Origin: an uncultured Candidatus Saccharibacteria bacterium
GTDB taxonomy: Bacteria; Patescibacteriota; Minisyncoccia; Phycocordibacterales; UBA5272
Reading direction: 5' to 3'
NCBI GenBank assembly: GCA_964369115.1
Contig: CAYJED010000002.1
Location: 10,193-74,192 of the forward strand
DNA length: 64,000 bases
In this document: positions 41,500 to 51,386 of the stretch, in pieces
Layout: each line of letters starts with the position of its first letter
Position numbering within the stretch: the stretch's first letter is position 1
Notes under the pieces: model-generated
What the model was told of the DNA's origin: nothing
The model's database searches: none
The model's input: only the letters and a program-made list of their open reading frames with translations
Made by a program: the position numbers and the translations under genes

Positions 41500-41628
41500 A
41501 CACATCACCTCCTTTCTGGACATATTTTGCCTTAGAAAGGCACGTCCACCTAAACTCTATTATTTTAGTTGCTAAAAAGCAAATCTTTAAGGCACTCAAC
41601 TTAATTTATTTTATGATACTATAAACTT

Positions 41629-41784
41629 ATGAACAAAGCTGATAAAAAATGTATCGTCTGTAAACTTGATTTAAATACACAGAAAAGTTTTCAGGAACGC
41701 GAAGACTGGGAATCTGTTAAATTCTGCAGTAGTAAGTGTAGAAAAGCTCGTACAAGTAAGTCAACATTTAAAAAAAGAAAGTAA
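41629..41784 (+). CDS. small zinc-ribbon-like protein (51 aa)
   Basis: MNKADKKCIVCK...FCSSKCRKAR CxxC...CxxxC pattern; below ORF-track size cutoff. Confidence 0.3.
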   Translation: MNKADKKCIVCKLDLNTQKSFQEREDWESVKFCSSKCRKARTSKSTFKKRK

Positions 41785-41835
41785 TTCATTTAGTAAACTA
41801 ATTACAAAGTACCTTCTTTACATAAAGAAGGTACT

Positions 41836-42537
41836 TTAATTAAAAAATGCTTCTGTATAAATAGTATCTTCGCGTACTCCAAGCTCTCTTAAACCTTTCC
41901 AGTAATATCTTACAAATGCAATAGATCCGCAGATAAAATATTCTCTTTCCGTAAGATCTCTTGTTTTTTCAGTAATGTGAGAGATCGGAATACGTCCATT
42001 TTCTTCACCTAACATTGCCTGCTCTTTAGTTACATAGTAACGCACTTCAAATCTACCAACGTACGTTAACATAAGATCATTAAACTCATTTTTAAAAACA
42101 GTCTCTTCTTTCGTCTTATTACAGTACAATAAAATAATTTTTCTCGTCGAAGAAGTACGTAAAGTGTCAACAATAATACTTCGTATTGGGGCAATGGCGA
42201 TACCTCCCGCAACCATAACAAGTGAGGTTTTTTTTAAATCTGGATAAAAATAACCATACGGCAAAGATCCTGATATAACCTCTCCTTGGTTTTTATTAAC
42301 AATAGCACTAGAAAATACACCGATTTTTTTTACTGTTATCCTTATACAATTTTCTTTCGGTGAGCTAGAGATACTGTAAGACTTGCCTTCCATGTGTCCA
42401 GTTTCAGGAAAAAAAACTGTAATAAATTGACCTGCCTTAAATTGAAATAAAGGGTCACCACATTTTAACTCAAGAGTTGTTACATCTTTTGTTTCTTGTA
42501 TTTTTTTTATAATTGTATATATTACAGTATTATTCAT
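41836..42537 (-). CDS. FNR-like FAD/NAD(P)-binding oxidoreductase (electron transfer subunit)
   Basis: KSYSISS (RxYS FAD motif) and GGIAIAP (NAD-binding GGxGxxP) motifs. Confidence 0.7.
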   Translation of the reverse strand: MNNTVIYTIIKKIQETKDVTTLELKCGDPLFQFKAGQFITVFFPETGHMEGKSYSISSSPKENCIRITVKKIGVFSSAIVNKNQGEVISGSLPYGYFYPDLKKTSLVMVAGGIAIAPIRSIIVDTLRTSSTRKIILLYCNKTKEETVFKNEFNDLMLTYVGRFEVRYYVTKEQAMLGEENGRIPISHITEKTRDLTEREYFICGSIAFVRYYWKGLRELGVREDTIYTEAFFN

Positions 42538-42964
42538 AATGAGATTCGTAATCTTCTATTGCTTTACGCAACGCTTCGTGACCCAATACAGAACAATGAT
42601 ACTTCCTGTCTGGTAAACCACCTAAACGCTCAATAATTGATTCTGGAGAAACCCTCTTCGCACGAGCAAGAGACATTCCTTCATTTTCCGTCACCATAAC
42701 CGACATCATTGAAGTTGAAGCAATTGCTGATGCACAACCAAATGTTTTCCACTTACATTCTTTAATTTTTTTCGTTTCTTTGTCAACCTTAATCCAAACA
42801 ACCATCATATCTCCACAAAGAGGACTACCTGCAATACCAATACCGTCTGAAATATACTCTTTGTCATCGAAAAGAATATTTTTTGGGTTAAAAAAATGCT
42901 CTTTAACAGTATCTGAGTAAAGCCATTCATTATTTCCACATGATGAGGGTGATGAAAATGTCAT
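42530..42964 (-). CDS. NifU/IscU-like Fe-S cluster scaffold
   Basis: GIAGSPLCGDMMVVWIKV...KTFGCASAIASTSM conserved Cys triad. Confidence 0.8.
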   Translation of the reverse strand: MTFSSPSSCGNNEWLYSDTVKEHFFNPKNILFDDKEYISDGIGIAGSPLCGDMMVVWIKVDKETKKIKECKWKTFGCASAIASTSMMSVMVTENEGMSLARAKRVSPESIIERLGGLPDRKYHCSVLGHEALRKAIEDYESHYE

Positions 42965-44148
42965 ATAAAAGTCGACGGGGAGATTGATCTCAAATAAGAA
43001 ACATTTTTTTTCAACATATCAACCAATACATCACACATTTCTTGTGTTGTTTCTTCACCAAATGTTATACGTATGCTTCCATGGAGAAGCGCAGGGTCTT
43101 GTTTAATCGCAACAAGCACATGGGAAGGCTTAAGATCATGTGAACTACACGCAGACCCAGTTGATACGCATATACCTTGTTCATCTAATAAGAGTAGCAG
43201 TGACTCTCCTTCTATATACGAAAAGGAGCAATGAATATTGTTTGGTAGTCGTTTTTTTTCATGACCATTTATGGTTACATCTTTTATTTCATTTTTAATA
43301 CGATAGATACAGCTATCACGTAATTTTGTAAGCCTCTCATTTTCTTGATCTTTTCTATCCTGAACACGAATAAGTGCCTCAGAAAAACCGACAATTCCTG
43401 GAATGTTTTCTGTCCCACTTCTAACCCCGTACTCTTGTCCACCACCAACAATAAGTGGCTCAATGAAGACATTTTTATTTTTGTAAAGTAAACCAACCCC
43501 TTTTGGTCCATATATTTTAGAACTATTAATACTCATACAGTCAACTAAAAGTTCTTGAACATTGAGGCTTAGGTAGCCAGCGGCTTGACACGCATCAGTG
43601 TGAAAAATAGGAAAAATTGAAGAACCTCTTACTTTATGTATCATTTTTCCTATCTCTGATATTGAAAGTATGGTCCCAATTTCATTATTTGCATACATAA
43701 CAGAAATCATAATTGTTTTCGGAGTGATGCGAGACTCAATCTCATCAACACTTATAAGTCCATCTTTACTAACGGGTATATATTCAACAACAAAGCCTTC
43801 TTTATTAAGCATATATACAGACTCAAGAACTGCCTTATGTTCAATAGAAGAAACAAGTATATGGTTTCCGTGTGAACGATTTGCACGAGCGATGCCAACA
43901 AGTGCTAAGCAAATTGACTCTGTACCAGATCCAGTAAAAATAATCTCATGCGGATTAACATGAAGAATGTCGGCTATTTTTTGTTTTGCATTATTAATAA
44001 CAGTAGCACTTTTTCTACCTAGCGAGTGAAGGGAAGAAGGGTTTCCGTAGTCTTTTCCAAAATAAGGAAGCATTGCAGTTAACACATCTTTTGCAATGGG
44101 GGCAGTTGACGCATTATCAAAATAAAACGGGTATGAATGTTGATGCAT
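42961..44148 (-). CDS. cysteine desulfurase (NifS/IscS family)
   Basis: PLP-dependent class V aminotransferase fold, HTDACQAAGY, active-site Cys near GSACSS. Confidence 0.85.
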   Translation of the reverse strand: MHQHSYPFYFDNASTAPIAKDVLTAMLPYFGKDYGNPSSLHSLGRKSATVINNAKQKIADILHVNPHEIIFTGSGTESICLALVGIARANRSHGNHILVSSIEHKAVLESVYMLNKEGFVVEYIPVSKDGLISVDEIESRITPKTIMISVMYANNEIGTILSISEIGKMIHKVRGSSIFPIFHTDACQAAGYLSLNVQELLVDCMSINSSKIYGPKGVGLLYKNKNVFIEPLIVGGGQEYGVRSGTENIPGIVGFSEALIRVQDRKDQENERLTKLRDSCIYRIKNEIKDVTINGHEKKRLPNNIHCSFSYIEGESLLLLLDEQGICVSTGSACSSHDLKPSHVLVAIKQDPALLHGSIRITFGEETTQEMCDVLVDMLKKNVSYLRSISPSTFI

Positions 44149-44156
44149 GATATATC

Positions 44157-44849
44157 TTAACTTCTAATTTCGCAATTTTTTACATATGAAAGCATCATTG
44201 TTTGCAACTCCTTAAGCTCATCATCTGAGTAACTTGTTTTTCTTAAGAATTGAGGATTTAGAATTTTTGTGGGAATAAATTTTTGCAAATAATACATTTG
44301 CGCACCCTCTAACGACTCCCCTATTTCTTTAATATCACCGAAACTAAGCTGAGACTTTACTAAAGTTGTTCTGAACTCGTATGGTATACCACTTTGCATG
44401 ATACACGAAATGCTCTTTTTAATAGCGTCAATATATACCGGCCTTCCAACAACTTCTGAATATTTTGAAAATGGAGCCTTAATATCCATTGCAATATAAT
44501 CAATCAATTTTTCTGCAATTACGCGTTGCAAAAAAAGTGGAGCAACACCATTTGTATCTAATTTAACAAGGAAACCTATTTTTTTTATTTTTTTAATAAA
44601 TGAAATAAGGTTATCACCGTGCATACTTGGCTCCCCTCCTGTAATAACCACCCCGTCAAGCAACCCTTTTCTTGTTTCAAGAAAATAGATTATTTCCTGT
44701 TCATCAAAAAAAACAGAAGCTGTTTCATCGACAAGTTCTGGATTATGACAATAAGGACATCTAAACGGACATCCGATTGTATACACCATGCAAGCTATTT
44801 TTCCAGGAAAATCTATGAGTGTGCACTTTTCAAAGCCACCAAAAATCAT
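44157..44849 (-). CDS. nrdG: anaerobic ribonucleotide reductase activating protein (radical SAM)
   Basis: GCPFRCPYCHNPEL CxxxCxxC radical SAM motif; adjacent to nrdD. Confidence 0.8.
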   Translation of the reverse strand: MIFGGFEKCTLIDFPGKIACMVYTIGCPFRCPYCHNPELVDETASVFFDEQEIIYFLETRKGLLDGVVITGGEPSMHGDNLISFIKKIKKIGFLVKLDTNGVAPLFLQRVIAEKLIDYIAMDIKAPFSKYSEVVGRPVYIDAIKKSISCIMQSGIPYEFRTTLVKSQLSFGDIKEIGESLEGAQMYYLQKFIPTKILNPQFLRKTSYSDDELKELQTMMLSYVKNCEIRS

Positions 44850-44851
44850 AC

Positions 44852-47044
44852 TTACTTTTGTAAAATAACTTGAGTGGCAAGATCTTCTTTGTGTACTGTT
44901 TCTGTAAGATATTCCTCCCTTAAAACATATTCAGACTGTTTTCCTTCATTCCACTGACTCACAGGACGAAGATAGCCAACAATACGTGAATAAACTTCAC
45001 ATTGAGATTCACATGTCGGACAAATAAAATGCTCCCCACTTATATATCCGTCTGACGGACAAATACTAAATGTTGGGGTAATGGTAAAATAAGGCAATTT
45101 ATAATTTTCACAGATTTTCTTCACAAGATTAGGGACAGTGCGGTAGTCATTGATACGTTCACCTAAAAACAAATGAATCACCGTTCCTCCTGTATATTTT
45201 GTCTGTAGTGTATCTTGAATATTTAATGTTTCAATAATATCCTTAGAATAATTAACAGGCAAATGAGAAGAGTTCGTATAAAATGGCTTTGCTCCTTTTT
45301 TATATTCTGACTCATTTGCAACAACAATAGCTGGATACATTTTTTTATCTTTTAGTGCCATTCGGAAAGATGTTCCTTCAGCTGGTGTTGCTTCAAGGTT
45401 ATACAAATTGCCTGTTTCCACCTGATATGAAATAAGACGTTCACGCATATGTTGTAATACATCTTCAGCAAAAACCCTTCCTTTTTCGGTACCTATTGTT
45501 TCATTAAATAAATTAACGATCACCTCATTCATGCCGACAAGCCCTACTGTTGAGAAATGATTTTTCCAATACTGGCCAAAATTTTTTCTTATATTTCTAA
45601 GATAGAACTTAGTATAGGGATATAAATTTGCATCAGTTAATTTTTCTAATAACTTTCTCTTAATCTCGAGACTTTCTTTTGCAATATCCATTTGAGCATT
45701 AAGTGTCTCATAAAAATAAGGGACTGCTTTTTCTAAAGAGGAAAACTTTTGTTTAGCCATAAATGCTAAACGTGGTAGATTTATAGTTACAACACCAACA
45801 GACCCTGTGAGCGCATTTGCACCGAACAATCCACCTCCTCTTCTATCAAGCTCATCTAGATCAAGTCTAAGTCGACAACACATTGACCGTGTATCTTCTG
45901 GCTTCATATCAGAAGTAACAAAGTTACTAAAATATGGAATACCGTACTTTGCTGTTATTTCCCACAAACCTTTTAATTTTTCATTATGCCAATCAAAATC
46001 TTTAGTAATGTTTACAGTAGGGATCGGAAACGAAAACACTCTTCCAGAAGAATCACCTTCCATCATTACCTCAAAAAAAGCTTCATTAAACATATCCATC
46101 TCCTTCTGAAAATCGCCATATGTTTCTTTTTGCTGTTTTCCTCCAATTATTACTGGAAGATTTTTGAAATTAACAGAAGGTGTAAGATCTAGTGTTATGT
46201 TTGAAAAAGGTGTCTGAAAACCAACGCGTGTTGGAACGTTCATATTAAAAATAAATTCTTGAATTGCTTGTTTCACCTCTTTCTGATTTAAATTATCGTA
46301 CTTAATAAAAGGAGAGAGTAGTGTGTCGAAATTAGAAAATGCAACAGCACCAGCAGCTTCACCTTGCATTGTGTACATAAAATTAACGACTTGTCCTAAG
46401 GCTGTACGGAAGTGCTTAGCGGGTGCAGATTCTATTTTATCTGAAACACCTTTAAATCCAACAGTTAGTAGATCTGTTAAATCCCACCCAACACAGTAAA
46501 TTGAAAGTGTTCCTAAGTCGTGAATATGTATATCACCATTTTCATATGCTGACCTTATGTGACTAGGGTAAATTTTATTTAACCAATATGTCTTACTTAC
46601 CTCTGAGAAAATATAATTATTTAGTCCCTGCAAAGAATACCCCATGTTACTATTTTCTTTAACTTGCCAATCAAGTTTATCAAGATAATTATCAACTAGA
46701 CCAAGCGATGACATTATTGCAAAGGATCTCATTTCTGCATGTTGCTCTCGATACAAAATGTACGCCTTAGCTGTTACCTTAAAACGAGATACCATAAGAA
46801 CATGTTCCACAGCGTCTTGAATTTGTTCAATTTGAAGTTTTTCACCTTGAACTGTATGAGATAAATAATGCACAACCTTTTCTGCAAGCTCTTCTGCCAT
46901 ATCTTCTTTATACTCTTTTGTTGCGTTGCCTGCTTTTTTAATTGCAAACACTATTTTTGATCTATCAAAAGGTACCTGTGACCTATCACGCTTAATAACA
47001 GTAGAAAAAGAATGTACAGTACTTATAGGTGCAGATGTTTTCAT
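44852..47044 (-). CDS. nrdD: anaerobic ribonucleoside-triphosphate reductase (class III)
   Basis: N-terminal ATP-cone, C-terminal Zn ribbon CPTCESQC and glycyl radical motif SRIVGYLRP. Confidence 0.9.
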   Translation of the reverse strand: MKTSAPISTVHSFSTVIKRDRSQVPFDRSKIVFAIKKAGNATKEYKEDMAEELAEKVVHYLSHTVQGEKLQIEQIQDAVEHVLMVSRFKVTAKAYILYREQHAEMRSFAIMSSLGLVDNYLDKLDWQVKENSNMGYSLQGLNNYIFSEVSKTYWLNKIYPSHIRSAYENGDIHIHDLGTLSIYCVGWDLTDLLTVGFKGVSDKIESAPAKHFRTALGQVVNFMYTMQGEAAGAVAFSNFDTLLSPFIKYDNLNQKEVKQAIQEFIFNMNVPTRVGFQTPFSNITLDLTPSVNFKNLPVIIGGKQQKETYGDFQKEMDMFNEAFFEVMMEGDSSGRVFSFPIPTVNITKDFDWHNEKLKGLWEITAKYGIPYFSNFVTSDMKPEDTRSMCCRLRLDLDELDRRGGGLFGANALTGSVGVVTINLPRLAFMAKQKFSSLEKAVPYFYETLNAQMDIAKESLEIKRKLLEKLTDANLYPYTKFYLRNIRKNFGQYWKNHFSTVGLVGMNEVIVNLFNETIGTEKGRVFAEDVLQHMRERLISYQVETGNLYNLEATPAEGTSFRMALKDKKMYPAIVVANESEYKKGAKPFYTNSSHLPVNYSKDIIETLNIQDTLQTKYTGGTVIHLFLGERINDYRTVPNLVKKICENYKLPYFTITPTFSICPSDGYISGEHFICPTCESQCEVYSRIVGYLRPVSQWNEGKQSEYVLREEYLTETVHKEDLATQVILQK

Positions 47045-47147
47045 GGTAAATGTATGTTATATTGATAGGTATAAATTGATTATAGTATAGATAGTAATCT
47101 ATACAATTTTTAGATGGGGATAAAATAAAAAAATACTTAAAAATAAA

Positions 47148-47477
47148 ATGAAAAATAATATTTCCTTAAAAAAATACCCGGTTCCAGAATGGGTACCGAA
47201 AGAAATAACCAAAGAGCAAGAGCTTTGCCCAGACTGTTTCAAGGTAGTTGGCGAAAAAAGTCGCTATACCCTTGTATGTACATTAGGTAAAAAAATAGAA
47301 GGAATGACGGTTGGAGAGCTTACAGAAACAATGGAGCTTAAGCAGCCCACAATTACACACCATCTTCAAGTTTTAGAATCAGTAAATGCCGTTCACAGTA
47401 AAACAATAGGCAGAAATCGATACTACTCTCTTAACCGTGACGCACACTGCTTTGAGGAATGTAAAATTCCTTACTAA
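47148..47477 (+). CDS. ArsR-like winged-helix transcriptional regulator
   Basis: MTVGELTETMELKQPTITHHLQVLESVNAV HTH; divergent from nrdD. Confidence 0.55.
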   Translation: MKNNISLKKYPVPEWVPKEITKEQELCPDCFKVVGEKSRYTLVCTLGKKIEGMTVGELTETMELKQPTITHHLQVLESVNAVHSKTIGRNRYYSLNRDAHCFEECKIPY

Positions 47478-47531
47478 GCGAATTAAAAAGTTATAATAGT
47501 GTATATAAAATGGACATTTATATTAAAGTAT

Positions 47532-47540
47532 GGTATAATA
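47532..47540 (+). promoter_or_regulatory. extended -10 promoter element (TGGTATAAT)
   Basis: tggtataat 44 nt upstream of ATG at 47584. Confidence 0.4.
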
Positions 47541-47583
47541 TACTATAGTACTGTTTTGTTCGTTTTAATCAACAGAGATAGAC

Positions 47584-47997
47584 ATGGGAAAATCCGAAAC
47601 ACTGATCGGCGACAGCGTCTTTTCGCAGATCGGCCCCCCTTCAAGACTGACCACCCAGAAACCATTGAAAAGAACTCTTCACGAAGATCTGATCCTGTTG
47701 CGCGCCGAAATCGCAGAACAAGAGCAGGAACTACTGGAGATACTGAGAACAAAAAAGATTGTTTCTCGTGCAAAAACGAAACGGGTCTATACAAAAAAAA
47801 GGGTGATTGAAAAAATCATCGACGTTTTGTCTAATGGTGGTGTTTATAGCATGAGGGATATCCCTGAAGCAACCGTTGGACTGAATAGCAAACTCGAACG
47901 TTTGGTTGTTGCTTGGAAAGCGTTGGAGATTACCTCCGATGTCGCTTTTGATAAAAACCGAACAAAAGACTTCATCAAAAGTCTGAAGACCCTGTAA
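47584..47997 (+). CDS. hypothetical protein, GC-enriched (~50%) relative to neighbours
   Basis: 137 aa ORF with own promoter-like element and terminator; overlapping ORFs on other frames are by-products of higher GC. Confidence 0.5.
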   Translation: MGKSETLIGDSVFSQIGPPSRLTTQKPLKRTLHEDLILLRAEIAEQEQELLEILRTKKIVSRAKTKRVYTKKRVIEKIIDVLSNGGVYSMRDIPEATVGLNSKLERLVVAWKALEITSDVAFDKNRTKDFIKSLKTL

Positions 47998-48008
47998 AGG
48001 TCTCAACT

Positions 48009-48046
48009 AGGCACACTTATTACAAGTTGTGCCTATTTATTTTTGA
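48009..48046 (+). terminator. rho-independent terminator
   Basis: aggcacac-ttattacaagt-tgtgcct then atttatttttg. Confidence 0.65.
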
Positions 48047-48782
48047 ACACTAAAGTTTTTGCAAACATTACTTTTTCTACCGCGTATGAAAAAGGAACAG
48101 AAATAGCTTTTACAATTAAAAGGAGCGCAGGAGAAAATACTTTTCTTACAAAAAGACTATGCTCAAATACGACAGTAAAGAATAATACTGAAAGAATAAT
48201 CGCAATTTTAATTCCATTTACAACATAACTTGATGTTACTGCTTCATAGAGCATAATACCTCCAAGAAAAAGAATAATACTAAATACCGCCTCAGGTAAA
48301 CCTTTGTATTTTTTCAAACCTTTAGCTAAGTATGGAGCACATAAAGCAATAAAAGCCATAGAAAAAGCAATCACCGTCACAATAACTTCAAAACGAGCTG
48401 TAAAAGAAGCTACAAGAAAGATATTGTTAATACTAAATGCTCTATTTGCTGCTGTGATCTGAAAAAGTGCCAACCTGCGAGATTCTGGAGGTCTAACAAT
48501 ATGTCCCTCTTTATCGACATGTCCAGCAAGATGCTTAAGTGCAATAATTATTAAATAAATACCGCACAAAAACTTAAGCCACACATTTTGAATAATAAGA
48601 GACATTAAGAAAAGCGTGATGAGTCGGAATGAGATTTCAATTAACATTCCCATGCGAAGCATTTTCTTTTTTTCCTCATCTTCAAACTCTGAAGCGATTG
48701 CGGCATTAAAAAGCGCATTATCAATAGAAAGGAGTACCTCTAAAAAAATAAGCACAACAATGACAGGGATAAGCTCTACCAT
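48033..48782 (-). CDS. TerC-family integral membrane protein
   Basis: LEVLLSIDNALFNA motif typical of TerC/DUF475 family; multiple TM helices. Confidence 0.65.
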   Translation of the reverse strand: MVELIPVIVVLIFLEVLLSIDNALFNAAIASEFEDEEKKKMLRMGMLIEISFRLITLFLMSLIIQNVWLKFLCGIYLIIIALKHLAGHVDKEGHIVRPPESRRLALFQITAANRAFSINNIFLVASFTARFEVIVTVIAFSMAFIALCAPYLAKGLKKYKGLPEAVFSIILFLGGIMLYEAVTSSYVVNGIKIAIILSVLFFTVVFEHSLFVRKVFSPALLLIVKAISVPFSYAVEKVMFAKTLVFKNK

Positions 48783-48835
48783 AGCTAGAGTATATACCTA
48801 TTTCCTTATTTAACTGTGGTACACTAAACAAAAAT

Positions 48836-49405
48836 ATGTCGCTTGATATTCTCTATCTTATTGCAAAACTTGGACATTTTATTGGGATTGCTACAGGTGT
48901 AGGAGGTGCGATTGCTAGCGACCTCCTCTTTATGAGATCAATCAAAAATAAAACTATTTCAAAAGATGAAATAGCCTTGCTTACCACCCTTTCCTCATTA
49001 TTGTGGGTAGGATTACTTACTTTTTTAGTTTCAGGACTTCTTTTTATGTATGTTCAGCAACTACAGCTTGGATATATCAAATATTTTGAATATGAACCAT
49101 TTAAAGCAAAACTTACTCTTTTTCTCATCTTAAGCATAAACGCTATCGCCTTTCATAAGTATGTTTTTCCAAAACTAGCACAAGCAGGGACTCAGGTACT
49201 TTATAAAGCAAAAGTGGAAGGACATGCTCTTTTAATTTCAATTGTAGGAAGTATTTCAATTGTGACATGGGTGTCTATTTTCCTTCTCGGTACATTTAGA
49301 AAAATCACCCCACATTACTTCAGCTTTGAAGGTGTGCTTTTCCTTCACGCTATTCTTGTCCTGTGCGGAACAATCGTTGGATATAGACTACTCGCAAAAA
49401 AGTAA
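48836..49405 (+). CDS. hypothetical membrane protein
   Basis: 189 aa, 4-5 TM helices. Confidence 0.5.
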   Translation: MSLDILYLIAKLGHFIGIATGVGGAIASDLLFMRSIKNKTISKDEIALLTTLSSLLWVGLLTFLVSGLLFMYVQQLQLGYIKYFEYEPFKAKLTLFLILSINAIAFHKYVFPKLAQAGTQVLYKAKVEGHALLISIVGSISIVTWVSIFLLGTFRKITPHYFSFEGVLFLHAILVLCGTIVGYRLLAKK

Positions 49406-49446
49406 AACACCTCCTATAGAGGAGGTGTTGTGTGGAGACTTACGCC

Positions 49447-49887
49447 TTAAGCAACGAATGGAGCTTCATGCTGGAAAACCGCAAAGGTAGTCTCAGAAGA
49501 TGGGATGTTGTCTTCAGGAGAAAAACTCGAGATAAAAAAACCATCTTCGAGAACGACAGGCTTGTTGTATTTCGAAGCATGGAAGCTTTTATGCTCTTGA
49601 ATCAGACGGAAAAGCCTTTTGGTGGCGATGTCGATTGCACCGTACATGCCACCTGCAAGAGGGTTGCCAGGCTTGTACACATCCTGATCAAGGACGATGC
49701 CGTCGCAACGAGGTAGTTTGAGGACAAAAATCACCTTCTGTTCTTTACCTCCGAAAAGCGTCACCTTAAAAGAGGTGATCTCAACTCCAGAGCACTGACG
49801 CAGAAGCCGCATCACGCGATCTTCCACATAAGCACGAAGCGTATCAGTCACCTCGAGGTGGCAACCGAGAATTTCAATTTGCAACAT
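49447..49887 (-). CDS. hpf: ribosome hibernation promoting factor (long HPF/RaiA family)
   Basis: MLQIEILGCHLEVTDTLRAYVEDRV matches HPF N-terminal consensus (MxIxIxGxHxExTxALRxYVExK). Confidence 0.75.
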   Translation of the reverse strand: MLQIEILGCHLEVTDTLRAYVEDRVMRLLRQCSGVEITSFKVTLFGGKEQKVIFVLKLPRCDGIVLDQDVYKPGNPLAGGMYGAIDIATKRLFRLIQEHKSFHASKYNKPVVLEDGFFISSFSPEDNIPSSETTFAVFQHEAPFVA

Positions 49888-49990
49888 CTTCTGTTTCTCC
49901 TTGTATATTCAAAAGAACATTCCTCTACCCTAAGCACAAAACCTAAGTGAAGAGTCACTATTTAAACACACATTTAAATAAATAGCAAAT

Positions 49991-51274
49991 TTACGAGCGC
50001 TTCATCCATTCTTCCTCTTGTCGAACAAGGTATGCTTTTGGATCATGAGTGCGTGCAAGTATCATTTCTATAGCTCTCTCCATACGCATACTTTGTGAAC
50101 CTTTTACGTACACAACATCCCCTTCTTGTAAGCTACCGACAAGCTCTTTACCTGCTTCAATCGAACTATCACATTCAAAAATATGCGCCTCGCTCATCTT
50201 TTCATCAAGAGCACCTTCCACCGTTGCACGCGAACGAATCCCTACTGCAAACAACTTGTGACAAATACTTCCTGCAATCTTTCCAATTTTATAATGTTCA
50301 TCACGAGTATGAAGACCAAGCTCCATCATATCTCCAAGTACAGCAATTTTACGTCCTTTTGTATCTATTTCACCTAACGTTTTAAGGCCATGCTCTGCAG
50401 CTTTTGGAGAAGCGTTATAAGAATCATCGATAATAGTAGAACCGCTCATTCCTGGGAGGAGACGCATACGACCTTTTGGTTTTTCACCTACCTCTAACGC
50501 TTTACATGCATCTGTAAGCGAGATACCAAGCTCACGAGCAACAACAAGAGCTGGAAGTGAACAATACACAGGAGACTTACCCACAACCTCAGGAAGTACT
50601 AGTTGTACTTTTTCTTCACCGTATACAATGTCTGCCTCTGTACCAGAAAGAGGTTGCCCGTAGAGCTTTACATTGTGAGCCTCAATATCAGCTTTCTCAT
50701 GAATACCAAAACCGATAGTGCGGGCTTTTGTTTTAGAAATAAGTGAAGTTGAATCTAAACAATCTTTATTGTAGATAAAAATCCCTGTCTCCTTAAGAGA
50801 GTTCACAAGGTATCCTTTTTCTTCAATAACAGCATTACGATCAGCAAAAAATTCAATATGTACAGGAACCTTACCAAATTGAGTAACCACTGAAATGTCC
50901 GGTTTTACCCAAGAGGTAATATTTTTTATGTCCCCTGGTCTATCTGCACCGATTTCAAGCACAAGGTGTGTTGGATATTCTTTATCAAAAGGAACAAACA
51001 GTCCTCGTAAAAGAATAAGAGCCCACTTAAGTGGATTGTTCCAGCCTGAAGATTCACCTAAAATAGTAAGAGGTACACCAAACTCGCTATTCATGCTCTT
51101 TTTACTACGACGCACATGAACATGATCTTTAAGTACTGTATATATAGCGTCTTTAGTTGATGTTTTTCCGAGATTTCCTGTAACACCTATAATGTATGGT
51201 TTATGTCGAGCAAGGATAGCTTTTGCTTCCCATGTTAATACCGCAACTACAACCTTTTTAAACAATTCTTTCAT
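49991..51274 (-). CDS. murF: UDP-MurNAc-tripeptide D-alanyl-D-alanine ligase
   Basis: IIGVTGNLGKTSTK Mur ligase P-loop followed by NSEFGVPLTIL (MurF-type NNxIGVPLT). Confidence 0.75.
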   Translation of the reverse strand: MKELFKKVVVAVLTWEAKAILARHKPYIIGVTGNLGKTSTKDAIYTVLKDHVHVRRSKKSMNSEFGVPLTILGESSGWNNPLKWALILLRGLFVPFDKEYPTHLVLEIGADRPGDIKNITSWVKPDISVVTQFGKVPVHIEFFADRNAVIEEKGYLVNSLKETGIFIYNKDCLDSTSLISKTKARTIGFGIHEKADIEAHNVKLYGQPLSGTEADIVYGEEKVQLVLPEVVGKSPVYCSLPALVVARELGISLTDACKALEVGEKPKGRMRLLPGMSGSTIIDDSYNASPKAAEHGLKTLGEIDTKGRKIAVLGDMMELGLHTRDEHYKIGKIAGSICHKLFAVGIRSRATVEGALDEKMSEAHIFECDSSIEAGKELVGSLQEGDVVYVKGSQSMRMERAIEMILARTHDPKAYLVRQEEEWMKRS

Positions 51275-51386
51275 GATCTGTGCCAGTAACTATTAGCGAA
51301 ATAATAGAAACAGTGTACCATATACATCTTTATGATTATCTTTATAAAAAAACCGCCACATATGTATGTTGACGGTTTCTTTTTAT

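Noticed and set aside
47499-47810. ORFs 47499-47810 (+) and 47543-47794 (-) overlapping the start of the GC-enriched gene
   Set aside because: They are out of frame with or antisense to the better-supported 47584-47997 ORF, with Arg-rich low-complexity translations.
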